DNA of 37,285 nucleotides from Stramenopiles sp. TOSAG23-3 (Eukaryota). Shown one piece after another: positions 19,353-29,814 of this stretch (position 1 is its first letter; every line of letters begins with the position of its first letter). The stretch covers positions 1 to 37,285 of the forward strand of contig LT642193.1 in NCBI GenBank assembly GCA_900128585.1, given 5' to 3'. Under the pieces are notes generated by a model that saw only the letters and a program-made list of their open reading frames with translations, did not search any database and had not been told where the DNA came from. The translations under genes and the position numbers were made by a program.

Positions 19353-21290
19353 ATGAGGTCTATGAATATATAGACATAGCATAGAAAGTATAAATAGAAA
19401 AATGGAGAAAAAAGAAAGAAATAATTAATTTTCTTATTTTCTTTATCAAATGGTAAATATTTAGTACCGTTTTATAAAATCGTTATGTATACATTTAAAA
19501 CGTACTTATATATAATTCAAATTGACTATATATTACATTACCCAATGGATGGAATACATCAATTACAATACCCATAGAGAAACATCGATTTTTTATAACT
19601 ACCTTAATAATCAAAATAAATGAAGAAAGCCAACTGATAAAAAAATTAAAGAAAATTTGCAACGGGCAGTTTTAGTTTTTAAGTACAATGAAAGAATAAT
19701 AAAATAAATAGGTGAAAGGGAATAATGATGGATTTTACATGGTTGCTATGTATATGTATGAGTGAATCAATACGATTGGTTCACCTTATTTCCTCCTTGT
19801 AAAAAAAATGTACGTTGGGTAGCTTTTTTCTTTTCTGTAATTAAATTGGTATGGATTGAATACTTAAAGTACTACAAAGTAATATTCTGTTGTTTTTAAA
19901 GTTATATTCTAAGGTATGTGAAGTCGATTACAAGGCAAAACACAGTACTCCTCTTTCTTATAATTTTAATTTAGATTTAGAATTTAGATTTAGATTTAGA
20001 AGAGGAAGTCTTCTCTTTCTTCTTTCTTCTTTCTTCTTTCTTCTTTCTTCTTTCTTCTTCATTCTTCTTCTTCTTCTTTCTTCTTCTTCTTCTTTTTCTT
20101 CTTCCCTTTTTTTTCTTCTTTCTTATAAGTCAGCCATCCGCGGGTGAAGAAAGAAATTAACTATTATATTGATATTCGTACGTAGTCTATAATTAATACA
20201 AATACAGTTTAGTTTGTAAAAGCATATCTAAAAATAAGCTCTAAGCCATCCATTTTTTTATAGTATTATATAATAGACTAGTATAGTATAGCGTCTACAC
20301 ACTACTTAAAATATAAAAAATCTATTTTAAATTATATATAAATAAAGGAGAGAGAGAGAGTGAATAGAGGAAGAAGTATTAAAAAATCTGTTGGAGTTGA
20401 TTCGTTTCGATTTTATTTTACAAGAAAATGGTCATTTTTCTTTTTAGTTTATTTAGATGATAAATAGGTATTTTTATTGACATACGATTATGATAGATTG
20501 ATAGAGAATTCGAGAGGGGAAAAAAGAGCTTTAAAAGATACATCCGTCAAAAAAAACACCCCAACTGGCCACCAACGTCTCTCTGGGGTCAAGTCAAACA
20601 AAAGGAAGGTCAAAAAGGTCAGGCGTTTGGATGAGTCATATATTCGTAGTACGTATATCTATCTATAAATAAACTTAATAGAGAGGCAGCAGAGGGAAAG
20701 AGTGAGAGAGGAAAAGGTGAAGTTATAATTAATTGGTCATGGTCAGGTCATTTTAATCATTCGCCCGATTATATGAGTGAGAGTGAAATGCCCTTTTGCT
20801 TCCTTTCCACTTCTCTGCTTCTCTATATTGTTCCTTCCTTATAATATATTAGCTAAGCTAACATTGTGAGTTGTGAGATTCACAGCTCAAGCAAGCGTCA
20901 TCTTTTCCGAGGCCCGAGGCCGCCCCTACTGACTGTGTTAGTCGTATATTATTATCTTAAATTATAATTATTATGTATTATTGGTATTAGAGACGACTAT
21001 TATTATTATATTATAATTCAATATTAAATAATAAAAAAAAAAGGTAAATTTGTTTTCAAAGAAAAGTACCCGTACCGTACAGAACCAAACTTTAGTAGTG
21101 ATGATAAAATTAATTATTATTATATTTATAGACGACTATCATTTCTTCTTTTTTAAATTAGTCATCCGTACGATTGGTGTTCATCCATGTCATGTTTTTG
21201 TGCTGTTAGCTGAACGCAGCCTTTCTTTTATTTGGCATTTTCTGCGCGTTCAATTCGGTTTCGGAGAGTTAAAAAAATTCTGTGACTTCT

Positions 21291-22397
21291 ATGGATACTT
21301 CGAATATACATAATGGCTTCCTCCCCCGTTTGTCAGCCAATAAAAGATTTTTGTTCGTAGTCCTGTTCAGCCTGTTGGCCCTATTATTTATGAGAAAAAC
21401 AGCTTGGCTGCAGCGTGTTGAAATTCAGGGGAATGAAAACAGGGCATTCAGATTCACAGGGCAATGCACAGAGTCTGCGACGAATACATCTGTAACCCAA
21501 CCCTTTGGACGTTGGGTTGCTGACTTGCCACCTAGATTTGGTCCATCCTGCCACGGCGCCAACGAACGATACGACCGGTGCTGCAAGAGTGTCCGGCTTG
21601 GTTGGCACTACATCACCTCCCTGCCTACACCAAATATGTCGAGAATTCTGCAAAACCGACGGTTTGCATTTGCAGGCGATAGCCTCTGCGGTCAGGTGCA
21701 CAAGTACCTCTATCGCAATCTGCCGAACCCCGTCATTTTGGTCGATACGACCAAAAACATAGCCGATTTCCACCAGACATTAATAGACGGAACACCGAGT
21801 ATGTCATTTTTTGTGCCATCATTCAATGCTACTTTCAACCTTTACTCTTTGCATTACCGGGACGAGCACCCGCAGTCGCACGATGTCACCGGTGGGGTCG
21901 ACTTTACAATGCTGAAGTCGATCCTAACTCTAAACGATGTGATTTTGGTTCACTACAACGTGCACTTCAATGCAGGCCAGCAAACGGCCTTTGACTCAGC
22001 GACATTGCGTACAATACGCATCCTCAAAACGATCAACAGTGCACGGCCACGACGAAAATTGGGGCTCATGGCAGAGGCTTTACCGCAGCACTTCAGTTCG
22101 GCCGATGGCAGTGGGGAATACGAGAGCAAGCGTGATGGCAACTGCTCAGCGTTGAGGGATGGTTATATAAGTTGGAGAGTTTGCGCCCTGCGAAGGATCG
22201 CTCGCAACGAGAGGTTCGATCCATGGGTTGTCTCGCTCTGGAACATTGGATCTCGACTGCCCGGCCTTCACGTTAAGCCAAGCGACTGCACCCACTGGTG
22301 CACCGGCAGCGCCATGAACACATTCTACCAAACACTATTTGACCCTGTCCTGCGGCGCATTTCTCAGCATCTACCGCTGAACCATTCCCGCAAATAA
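21291..22397 (+). CDS. Type II membrane SGNH/GDSL protein of the PC-esterase / trichome-birefringence-like family (polysaccharide O-acyltransferase or esterase)
   Basis: N-terminal anchor FLFVVLFSLLALLF; FAFAGDSL; PQHF; C-terminal DCTHWC (DxxH). Confidence 0.85.
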   Translation: MDTSNIHNGFLPRLSANKRFLFVVLFSLLALLFMRKTAWLQRVEIQGNENRAFRFTGQCTESATNTSVTQPFGRWVADLPPRFGPSCHGANERYDRCCKSVRLGWHYITSLPTPNMSRILQNRRFAFAGDSLCGQVHKYLYRNLPNPVILVDTTKNIADFHQTLIDGTPSMSFFVPSFNATFNLYSLHYRDEHPQSHDVTGGVDFTMLKSILTLNDVILVHYNVHFNAGQQTAFDSATLRTIRILKTINSARPRRKLGLMAEALPQHFSSADGSGEYESKRDGNCSALRDGYISWRVCALRRIARNERFDPWVVSLWNIGSRLPGLHVKPSDCTHWCTGSAMNTFYQTLFDPVLRRISQHLPLNHSRK

Positions 22398-22434
22398 AAT
22401 CAAATTATATTATAATAACAATACTAGGCGATAG

Positions 22435-23091
22435 ATGATAGACTCTACTATAAGGTGCGGGTCGCTCGACGCAACCGGGGGGGTGTTGTTAAACATGCTA
22501 CCACCATGGATAGCGCAACACACCAAATCAGCGTACTTGATTTTAGCATTTGTGCTTGTCTGGTTCATCGTTGCATCCGTTGGTGCTCTGAAATTGATGG
22601 AAATGAGTAAAGAAGAAAGGGGGCAATATATAGGAGAGGGCTGTGCGGCGCTGTTCTGTTGTTGCCTTTGTGCAAAGTGCTGCAGCGAAGAGGACGATGC
22701 CATGCGTCCTAGACTTAACAACCAAACTTACAACTGCGGCGGGTGCAACTGTGCCGGTGGTGGTGGTGGTGACTGTAGCGGGGGTGCTAACTGTAGCGGG
22801 GGTGGTGACTGTAGCGGAGGGGCAGAAGGGCTCCCTGTTCTTCTCATGGCATTGGTCGCAGTGGCCCTCGCGTTTATCTTCCTTTCCTTCTTTATGGGCT
22901 TCTTGATCATGGTCGGTTTATTTTTCAAGATGATTCAAAATCATTTCACCCGTATTAAGCGAAAGGAGCTGGTAAAACAGTTCACAATTATGGATTGTGA
23001 GAGCATACAGATCTCACCCGATGAAGACGGAAGGGGTTCGTTGCCTCCTGATTACGATGATTCCGTGCTTAGGGAATTCAACATAATTTAA
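22435..23091 (+). CDS. C-terminal part of a RINGv/MARCH-type membrane E3 ligase homologue lacking the RING domain (possibly a 5'-truncated pseudogene)
   Basis: TM, Cys/Gly-rich region, GGAEGLPVLL-TM, IQNHFTRIKRKELVKQFTIMD. This resembles the GEAGLPLL...WQRHYHILAKRMLTKEYVVED tail of plant/protist RINGv proteins. In-frame TAG immediately precedes the ATG. Confidence 0.6.
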   Translation: MIDSTIRCGSLDATGGVLLNMLPPWIAQHTKSAYLILAFVLVWFIVASVGALKLMEMSKEERGQYIGEGCAALFCCCLCAKCCSEEDDAMRPRLNNQTYNCGGCNCAGGGGGDCSGGANCSGGGDCSGGAEGLPVLLMALVAVALAFIFLSFFMGFLIMVGLFFKMIQNHFTRIKRKELVKQFTIMDCESIQISPDEDGRGSLPPDYDDSVLREFNII

Positions 23092-23769
23092 ATCCTTTGT
23101 GCCGTTTGAGGTTAGATTTCATCACCTAAATTTAAAAAAAAAACTAATGATATCACCTAAATTTACACAGAAATGATTTTTTTTTATTAAAAGGCATATA
23201 CACGCTCCTCCACAAATTTAATAATAATAATAAAAACAATTTTAATAGAATAAAAATATGTTAGTTATAATCAATCATCTCTCTCCTTTTTTTTTTAGTT
23301 ATTATTCTTTTCTTCATTTTTTATCAGTTGGTTGTTTTTTAGTTTATTATTTATTATTTATTTATTGTGATGATGATGATGGCGGTGTGGCAGTTATTCA
23401 ATATAATATAGACATAGCATAGAATAATATGAGATTTTTATTATTATTGTTTGCTCCTCTGCTATTCTGAAATTTTTCGTTTTCGTTTTCTTTCTTACTC
23501 TCTTCTCCCTCATTCATTTTGTGTTCCTTTACACACATTCTTTCTTTCCCTCCTTTTGTTTTCTGTGGAAGGAACAATTTTGTCACCCGTCTTACGCAAC
23601 TGAAAAACACAGTGTGAGAACAACATTCCTTTGGCGAAGGACGATCGTTTCATTTCCCCTTGTCCTTTTTCCCGTCCATTTGGCAAACGAAGGAGGGTCG
23701 GCGCGTCCGTTCGTTCGGGTCTGAAAACGTCTCAACGGCGCCACCAAGAGTCTTCGCAATCGTCCCACC

Positions 23770-25251
23770 ATGGCCAAGCCGATCCCTGCCTTCATGCTAA
23801 AGGGGCGGGAGGGGGACATGGCCATGGCAAGCATGCAGGGGGACGCCATAAAATCATTAGAAGATGCGAAGAAGGACAAAATACTTAGAGAGAAGCGTGA
23901 GACGGCAAAAATATGGATAAAGGACTTGCAGAAGTTTTACATCTCCCCGTACTTGACGTGCGGGGAGTGCAACACGGTATGCTTCATCAACGCGGTCCAG
24001 CTCGAAAAGGCCCTGGAGCGGAACACGGTCGTCTTCGACGACCTCTCCGCGGAGGACCAGAAGGAGTACAGCGAGGCGTCCCTGAACATAGAGGCGTTGC
24101 CCCCCTGCCCAGGGTGCAACCGGACGTACAAGTTTTTGGTAGGGGCCCACGACCTCTCGGCCATCATCAACATGGACAAGAAGGCCCAAGCGGAGCGGAA
24201 GCGGCAGGAGTTTCTGGCCTCGAGGCTGCTCCAGGCACGGATCCGTGGGATCTTCGCCCGGAAGGACGCCAAGCGCCGCGCGAAGGCGAAGGCCCTGTAC
24301 GCCCGACTGTTGAACCGTGCGGCCACCATTATCCAGACCCACTACCGGGGGCACCGGGCCCGCATCGTGGCCATCACCGAACGAGCGCTCGACCTGATCG
24401 ACAAGGCGCACCCGCGGCTCCTCAAGACCGCCATGTTCAACAAGTTTGGCTACAAGAAGGTCTTCTACTTCAAAAAGCGGACGGAGCAGAAGCTCTTGCA
24501 CGGCAACTATCGGGTGCTCATCGAGCGCCTGGGGAACCGGCCCCAAATGTACCAGGTCGAGTGGAGCATGCAGGAGATCGCCCGGCGAATCTTTCGCCTG
24601 CAGTGCAACTTTGCGATACGGATACAAAAGCTGGTCCGGGGGGTTATCGGGAGGAACTTCATCAGGTACTTTCGGATGGAGCGGGCGCGGCTGACCCGGA
24701 TTCAGACGAAAGGGGTGTTCGCCATCCAGCGCACGTACCGGGGCTGGTTTTTCAGGGAACGGTCGAAGGCCCACAAGCTGTCCAAGTGGAAGGACGAGAT
24801 GCGGAAGAAGTACAAGAAGGAGCGCCTGCAGAAGAAGGCGACCAAGTCGAAGCGGGAGGCCCGCGAGATGCTCATGAAGCGGTACAAGAAGGAGAAGCGG
24901 GAGGAGCGGTCGGCGAGGATGACGGGGAAGACCGTCTATGGCGAGGAGGGCGGGAAGCAGATGCTCGCTTTCAGCAAGTCGGCGTACGCGGACACCAAGC
25001 TTCAGGACCAAACGCGGTCGTGGCTCAGGGGCCGTCGGCGGGAAAAGTTGGGAGAGGTGCGGGGGATGGCCAAGCGGTTCGCGAGGCACCGGTTCATCCA
25101 GAAGAAAGAGGAGCAGGACAGCATCTTTGCGGGCTACTACAAGCCCGAGAAAGACGACCGGCGGCAGGAGTTTATGGGAAGGATAGAGGCGTTGAAAGCG
25201 CGGTTCAGCGTGATTGGCCCGGGAAAGTCGTACAAGGATCTGATCAAGTAA
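23770..25251 (+). CDS. IQ-motif calmodulin-binding basic protein with N-terminal CxxC...CxxC zinc site
   Basis: LQARIRGIFARK, IQTHYRGHRAR, IQKLVRGVIGR, IQRTYRGWFFR; CGEC...CPGC; strong GC3 bias. Confidence 0.85.
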   Translation: MAKPIPAFMLKGREGDMAMASMQGDAIKSLEDAKKDKILREKRETAKIWIKDLQKFYISPYLTCGECNTVCFINAVQLEKALERNTVVFDDLSAEDQKEYSEASLNIEALPPCPGCNRTYKFLVGAHDLSAIINMDKKAQAERKRQEFLASRLLQARIRGIFARKDAKRRAKAKALYARLLNRAATIIQTHYRGHRARIVAITERALDLIDKAHPRLLKTAMFNKFGYKKVFYFKKRTEQKLLHGNYRVLIERLGNRPQMYQVEWSMQEIARRIFRLQCNFAIRIQKLVRGVIGRNFIRYFRMERARLTRIQTKGVFAIQRTYRGWFFRERSKAHKLSKWKDEMRKKYKKERLQKKATKSKREAREMLMKRYKKEKREERSARMTGKTVYGEEGGKQMLAFSKSAYADTKLQDQTRSWLRGRRREKLGEVRGMAKRFARHRFIQKKEEQDSIFAGYYKPEKDDRRQEFMGRIEALKARFSVIGPGKSYKDLIK

Positions 25252-25506
25252 AGCTTCGGCCCCCAGAAGTTGTAAGCTTAATGGGAGAAGGAAAATAAAT
25301 TGTATACACAGTACTTTGTACGTTTTAAGAAGAAAAAAAATTATTGAAGTACGTTTTAAAAATACAAATTTATAAAAGTATGTACGTTTTTTGTACGTTT
25401 CATATTACATAATTTGTTTTTTTTATAAGATCTAAATTTGATTTTGGAAATATTTTTTATATATCTTTATGCCAAAATCGCCTCTCACCAACTACCATAA
25501 CTATTT

Positions 25507-28500
25507 TTATTGAGAGCGCAACTTGTTGCTAGCTTTGGACACGCATCCGCGTGTGCAGCGCCACTCGCAACTCTTCGCGTGGCTTTTATGACTAAATTGT
25601 TTTCCAGAGCACTCCGACTGGCAACTAGAAACACACGGCTTTCCGTGTACTGGGTGAACTAACTCGCTGATCGCTTTAAAGCTTGCGCCTGAAGCTTTCG
25701 TCTGGGCCAACCCGCAGTCTTCCCCGGCGAAGCCAGTCTGGCAGTTGCACTTGCCGTTCTCACACGTTCCGTGGTTATGACAATCGTTCAGGCACTTGTG
25801 GAGAGGGTCGCACATTTTACACGCGTGCTGCTCGCACCATTTTCCCGTGAAGTTCGTGTTGCAAAAACACTTTCCGTGGTTGCACACGCCCTGCTTGAGG
25901 TCTTCGTGGCAGCCTGGCAGGGCCTCCTTCTTGACTGGGTCCCAGTCGCAGCTAACTTCTTCGCAGGCCTCGCCAGCGTAGCCTTTCTCGCACTCGCACT
26001 TGGGGGCCATCCCCGCGGCGCCCTCTTTGCAGGTACCGTGGTTGTTGCATTTCTGTTCCTTAAATTCGTACGTTCCGTTGACGTTCTTCCCCCAGCCCTT
26101 GCACGTGGTGACCTCGCACCCGGCGCCGGTGAAGCCCTCCCTGCACATGCACTCCCTCCTGCCGCCGGTGGTTTTCAAACTGCAGCTACCGTGGTTGCTG
26201 CATGCGTCCTTTATGATGTTGTTGCCGCTGGAGTACCGTCCGCTTGGGCATGTCTGGGTGCCGCAATCGTCGCCGGTCCACATGGGCTCTTCGGCAAATG
26301 GCGGAAGGTGAAACCCAACGCACAGGCATTTTCCGTTGCGGCATTCGCCGTTTCCGTTGCACTGCTTGTGGCCGACCAGGCCCGGGCACGGCTTCTCGGA
26401 GCAGTCCTTTCCGCCGTAACCGTTGAGGCACTCGCAGATTCCGCCGAGGCGGCAGGCACCGTTCCCGCTGCAGTCGTTCGGGCACCGCTTGCGCTCGCAC
26501 CCGTCGCCGCTGTACCCTGGGTGGCAGTAGCATGTCCCGTTGAGGCAGTAGCCTCGGTCGTTGCACTTGTTGGGGCAGCCCTTCCGGTCGCACGCGTCGC
26601 CGTTGTACCCTGGCTTGCACTTGCAGATGCCTTTCAGGCCGTTGGCGCTGTACACGCACTCCCCGTTGCCGTTGCAGTCGTTCTCGCAGACCGGCACTTG
26701 GCAGAACTTGCCCTTCCACTTGGGGTTGCCGGTGCTTTCGTCCGTGTCGCAGATGCACTTGCTGTCGGTCTCGTCGCACGTCCCGTGCTTGAAGCAGTGG
26801 TGCAGCTTCGCGCAGTTCTTGGTTCCTTTCTTGAATTTGTCCTGGGTCTCGCACGACACGCCGTACCAGGTCGGGTTGCACTCGCACCGCCCGTCGCTCT
26901 TGCACTGGCCGTTCCCGCTGCACTTTTCGTCGCAGCACGCCGTCCCGGAGCAGTCGAAGCCGGTGTGCCCGGCGTTGCAGTGGCACTTCCCGTTCTCGCA
27001 GCGCCCTTGGCCGCTGCAGTCCCCTGGACAGGTCTTCTTCTCGCAGTTCCCGTGCATCCAGCCGTCGCGGCAGTAGCACGTGCCGTCCACGCAGGTCCCC
27101 TGGGCGGCGCCGGAGCACTGCTCAAGGACGCCTTCCGCGTTCTTTCCCATCTCGCACTGGGGCGTGGTGCAGGTCTTGCCGCCCCACCTCGGGTTGCATT
27201 TGCAGGCGGCATGGGTTCTGTTCTCCCCCGCCACGCACTCGCCCCTCCCGCCGCAGACTTTGCCCTTCACCGTGGGGCACTCCCGGGCGCACTTATTTCC
27301 GGTGTACCCGGCCTCGCAGGCGCACGAGGTGTCGTTCACGCATGTCCCGTGGTCCTTGCCCGAGCAGATCTGCCCGAACAGTGCCCCGGCGCTCCGGTCC
27401 GTGTTTGCGCACTCTGAGACCGAGCAGTTCTTGGCAATGTTCCAGCCGTGCTTGCATTCGCAGCGGCGCTTGGCCGGCCGCGGGGTCCTGGTCTTGCAAA
27501 GCCCGTTGTCCAGGTCGCAGTCGTCGTCGTACGCGTGCCCGCGCCCGCTGCAGAAGGAGTCTTTGAGCTCATGGCAGAAGGTTCCGGTGTAGTCCTCGTT
27601 GCACACGCACTCGGAGTGCCCGGAGGAGTTGGTGTTGCACTTCCCGCGCCCGTTGCAGTCGTTCTGGCAGACATTGATGGAGCAGTCGACCTTTCCTTTG
27701 GCGTCCTCCCCCCCCCAGCCGGGGGCGCATGCGCAAGACGCTAGGCTGTCCCCGCTGCACTCGCCGTGGCCACTGCACTGGATGGCGTACGCGCCGTTGT
27801 CTTTTCGGATGGTCCCGGGGCAGTCGGTCTCGGTGCAGTCGTTGCCTTTGAAGCCCTTGGCGCAAACGCACTTTCGAAGGGACGCGACGCAGACCCCCTG
27901 CTTCTTGTTGGCCGTGCAGTTGCTCGGGCAGATGTTGGTGTTGCAGTCCCGGTCTTTCCAGGCCGGCATGCACTTGCAGAAGGCGCCCTCCTCGGTGGTC
28001 TCGCACGTCCCGTGGCCAGAGCACTGGGTGTTAGCAAAGGCGGTGTCGCAGGTTTCGCCGCTCGCCCGCTTGTCCTTGCACTCCGGCCCGGTGAACGGGG
28101 CCTGGCACTGGCAGTGGACGTTCTGGTAGACCCCGTTTTTCAGGGGGAGCAGGCACTTCCCGTGGCCGCTGCAGGCGTTCGGCCCGGTGATGGGCAGGCC
28201 GATGTAATTGCCCTTGTCGAAGCCGTCCGCGTTCCGGTTGGCCTGGGTGACCTTCTCGGCGCCGATGCCGCAGGCGTTCTTGTTGCACTGCGGGCCGGCG
28301 TAGCCGAGGTTGCAGTGGCAGATCCCGTTCACGCACATGCCGTTCTTTCCGCACTTCGGGGAGCAGGCTCGGCTGCTGCAGGTGTCGCCGTCCCAGCCAT
28401 CCTTGCACCTGCAGTACGGCATGCCTTTCATGGCGTCCTTCGCGCTCTGAAGAACGTCCGGGTTCTGAAGCTCGAGGGCTTCGTCGACGCAGGTCCCGTG

Positions 28501-28758
28501 GGCCTCGCCGGTGCAGTCGTTCAGGGCCGTCTTGCACCCGTGTGTCCCGCAGTCCGGGCCTTGGAAGCCGGGCATGCAGTCGCACTCCCCGTCCGCGCCG
28601 CAGCTCCCGTGCTTGACGTTGAACTGTTTCCCCCTAACCGTGACTGGCTGGGTTCCACCGCACACTTGGTTCTTGTACTTTGGGCACGCCGCTTGGCCCG
28701 CCACGACGGCCACCGCGACCGCAAGGATAAACAAATTCGTCTTGTTGTAACGCGTCAT
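25507..28758 (-). CDS. Secreted tenascin/teneurin-type EGF-repeat protein
   Basis: Signal peptide LFILAVAVAVVAG; more than 20 CxxxCSGxGxC...CxC..G..G.DC repeats; no TM segment; short Cys-rich C-terminal domain. Confidence 0.93.
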   Translation of the reverse strand: MTRYNKTNLFILAVAVAVVAGQAACPKYKNQVCGGTQPVTVRGKQFNVKHGSCGADGECDCMPGFQGPDCGTHGCKTALNDCTGEAHGTCVDEALELQNPDVLQSAKDAMKGMPYCRCKDGWDGDTCSSRACSPKCGKNGMCVNGICHCNLGYAGPQCNKNACGIGAEKVTQANRNADGFDKGNYIGLPITGPNACSGHGKCLLPLKNGVYQNVHCQCQAPFTGPECKDKRASGETCDTAFANTQCSGHGTCETTEEGAFCKCMPAWKDRDCNTNICPSNCTANKKQGVCVASLRKCVCAKGFKGNDCTETDCPGTIRKDNGAYAIQCSGHGECSGDSLASCACAPGWGGEDAKGKVDCSINVCQNDCNGRGKCNTNSSGHSECVCNEDYTGTFCHELKDSFCSGRGHAYDDDCDLDNGLCKTRTPRPAKRRCECKHGWNIAKNCSVSECANTDRSAGALFGQICSGKDHGTCVNDTSCACEAGYTGNKCARECPTVKGKVCGGRGECVAGENRTHAACKCNPRWGGKTCTTPQCEMGKNAEGVLEQCSGAAQGTCVDGTCYCRDGWMHGNCEKKTCPGDCSGQGRCENGKCHCNAGHTGFDCSGTACCDEKCSGNGQCKSDGRCECNPTWYGVSCETQDKFKKGTKNCAKLHHCFKHGTCDETDSKCICDTDESTGNPKWKGKFCQVPVCENDCNGNGECVYSANGLKGICKCKPGYNGDACDRKGCPNKCNDRGYCLNGTCYCHPGYSGDGCERKRCPNDCSGNGACRLGGICECLNGYGGKDCSEKPCPGLVGHKQCNGNGECRNGKCLCVGFHLPPFAEEPMWTGDDCGTQTCPSGRYSSGNNIIKDACSNHGSCSLKTTGGRRECMCREGFTGAGCEVTTCKGWGKNVNGTYEFKEQKCNNHGTCKEGAAGMAPKCECEKGYAGEACEEVSCDWDPVKKEALPGCHEDLKQGVCNHGKCFCNTNFTGKWCEQHACKMCDPLHKCLNDCHNHGTCENGKCNCQTGFAGEDCGLAQTKASGASFKAISELVHPVHGKPCVSSCQSECSGKQFSHKSHAKSCEWRCTRGCVSKASNKLRSQ

Positions 28759-29222
28759 TGGAAAACAAACAAAACTAGTTTAAGTTAACTTCTCTCTCTC
28801 TCACTCACTCACTCACTCTTTCACTCTTAAACTCACTAAGTAAATCAATTCTAAGCCAATCTAAATAAATTTCAGTAGCACATTCTTTCATTCATCACTT
28901 CGTTTCCTTTCTTTCGTTCGTTCGTTCCTTTCATGGATTTGTAGTGAGTGAGTGACTAATCGCTTCCTTGTCACCCCCCGTCACTCCCTCGTTTGACTTG
29001 ACTTCATTAATTCCATTTCCTATTTGTATTCCTATTCTTATAAAATGTACAAGTACAATATTAAAAGGAATTAAGATAAAAAAGAAATTAGTAGGCATTC
29101 ATATATCCTATTTATTCTTATAGACTAAATACAATATACAAGTACATCTTAAACGTCCCCCCCCTTTTTTTTCCTTTTTTATCTTTTTTTCAGTTTTTAT
29201 CTTTCCTCAACTCGAATGCACC

Positions 29223-29400
29223 TGTTGTGTTCATTTTAATTGATTGATAAGATAGACATAGCATAGATTGTTTAATATATTGTATGTTGTGTTTATGTTA
29301 ATGTATTGATAAGATAGGCATAGTATTGATTATGCAATGTAATTTATGTTGTGTTCCTGTTAATGGATGGATAATATAGGCATAGTATTGATTGTTTAGT
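29223..29400. repeat. Three degenerate ~62-bp tandem repeats
   Basis: Each unit begins TGTTGTGTT and contains TTAAT..ATTGATAAGATAG(A/G)CATAG(C/T)AT.GATT or a close variant. Confidence 0.8.
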
Positions 29401-29582
29401 TAGAATTGTTTTATTCGTAGTTATATTTAGTTAATAATATAGTCTTCTTATTTCTAAATAGGAATTCTTTCTTTTTGTTAATACGTACCTGTATTTTATA
29501 TACTTTGTTTCTTCCTTCTTTCTTTTCTTTCTTTCGTGCTTTCGTATACTTTCTTTCTTTCTTTCTTTTCCTTTCTTTTTCT

Positions 29583-29744
29583 NNNNNNNNNNNNNNNNNN
29601 NNNNNNNNNNNNNNNNNNNNNNNNNNNNNNNNNNNNNNNNNNNNNNNNNNNNNNNNNNNNNNNNNNNNNNNNNNNNNNNNNNNNNNNNNNNNNNNNNNNN
29701 NNNNNNNNNNNNNNNNNNNNNNNNNNNNNNNNNNNNNNNNNNNN
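29583..29744. other. Scaffold gap (162 N) inside a (CTTT)n microsatellite
   Basis: N run flanked by CTTT repeats on both sides. Confidence 0.99.

Positions 29745-29814
<70 letters not shown>

Noticed and set aside
18768..21290. 2.5-kb AT-rich divergent spacer as a hidden gene, ncRNA or centromere
   Set aside because: No coding bias, tRNA or snRNA motif, or satellite array; only microsatellites and the short repeats reported above
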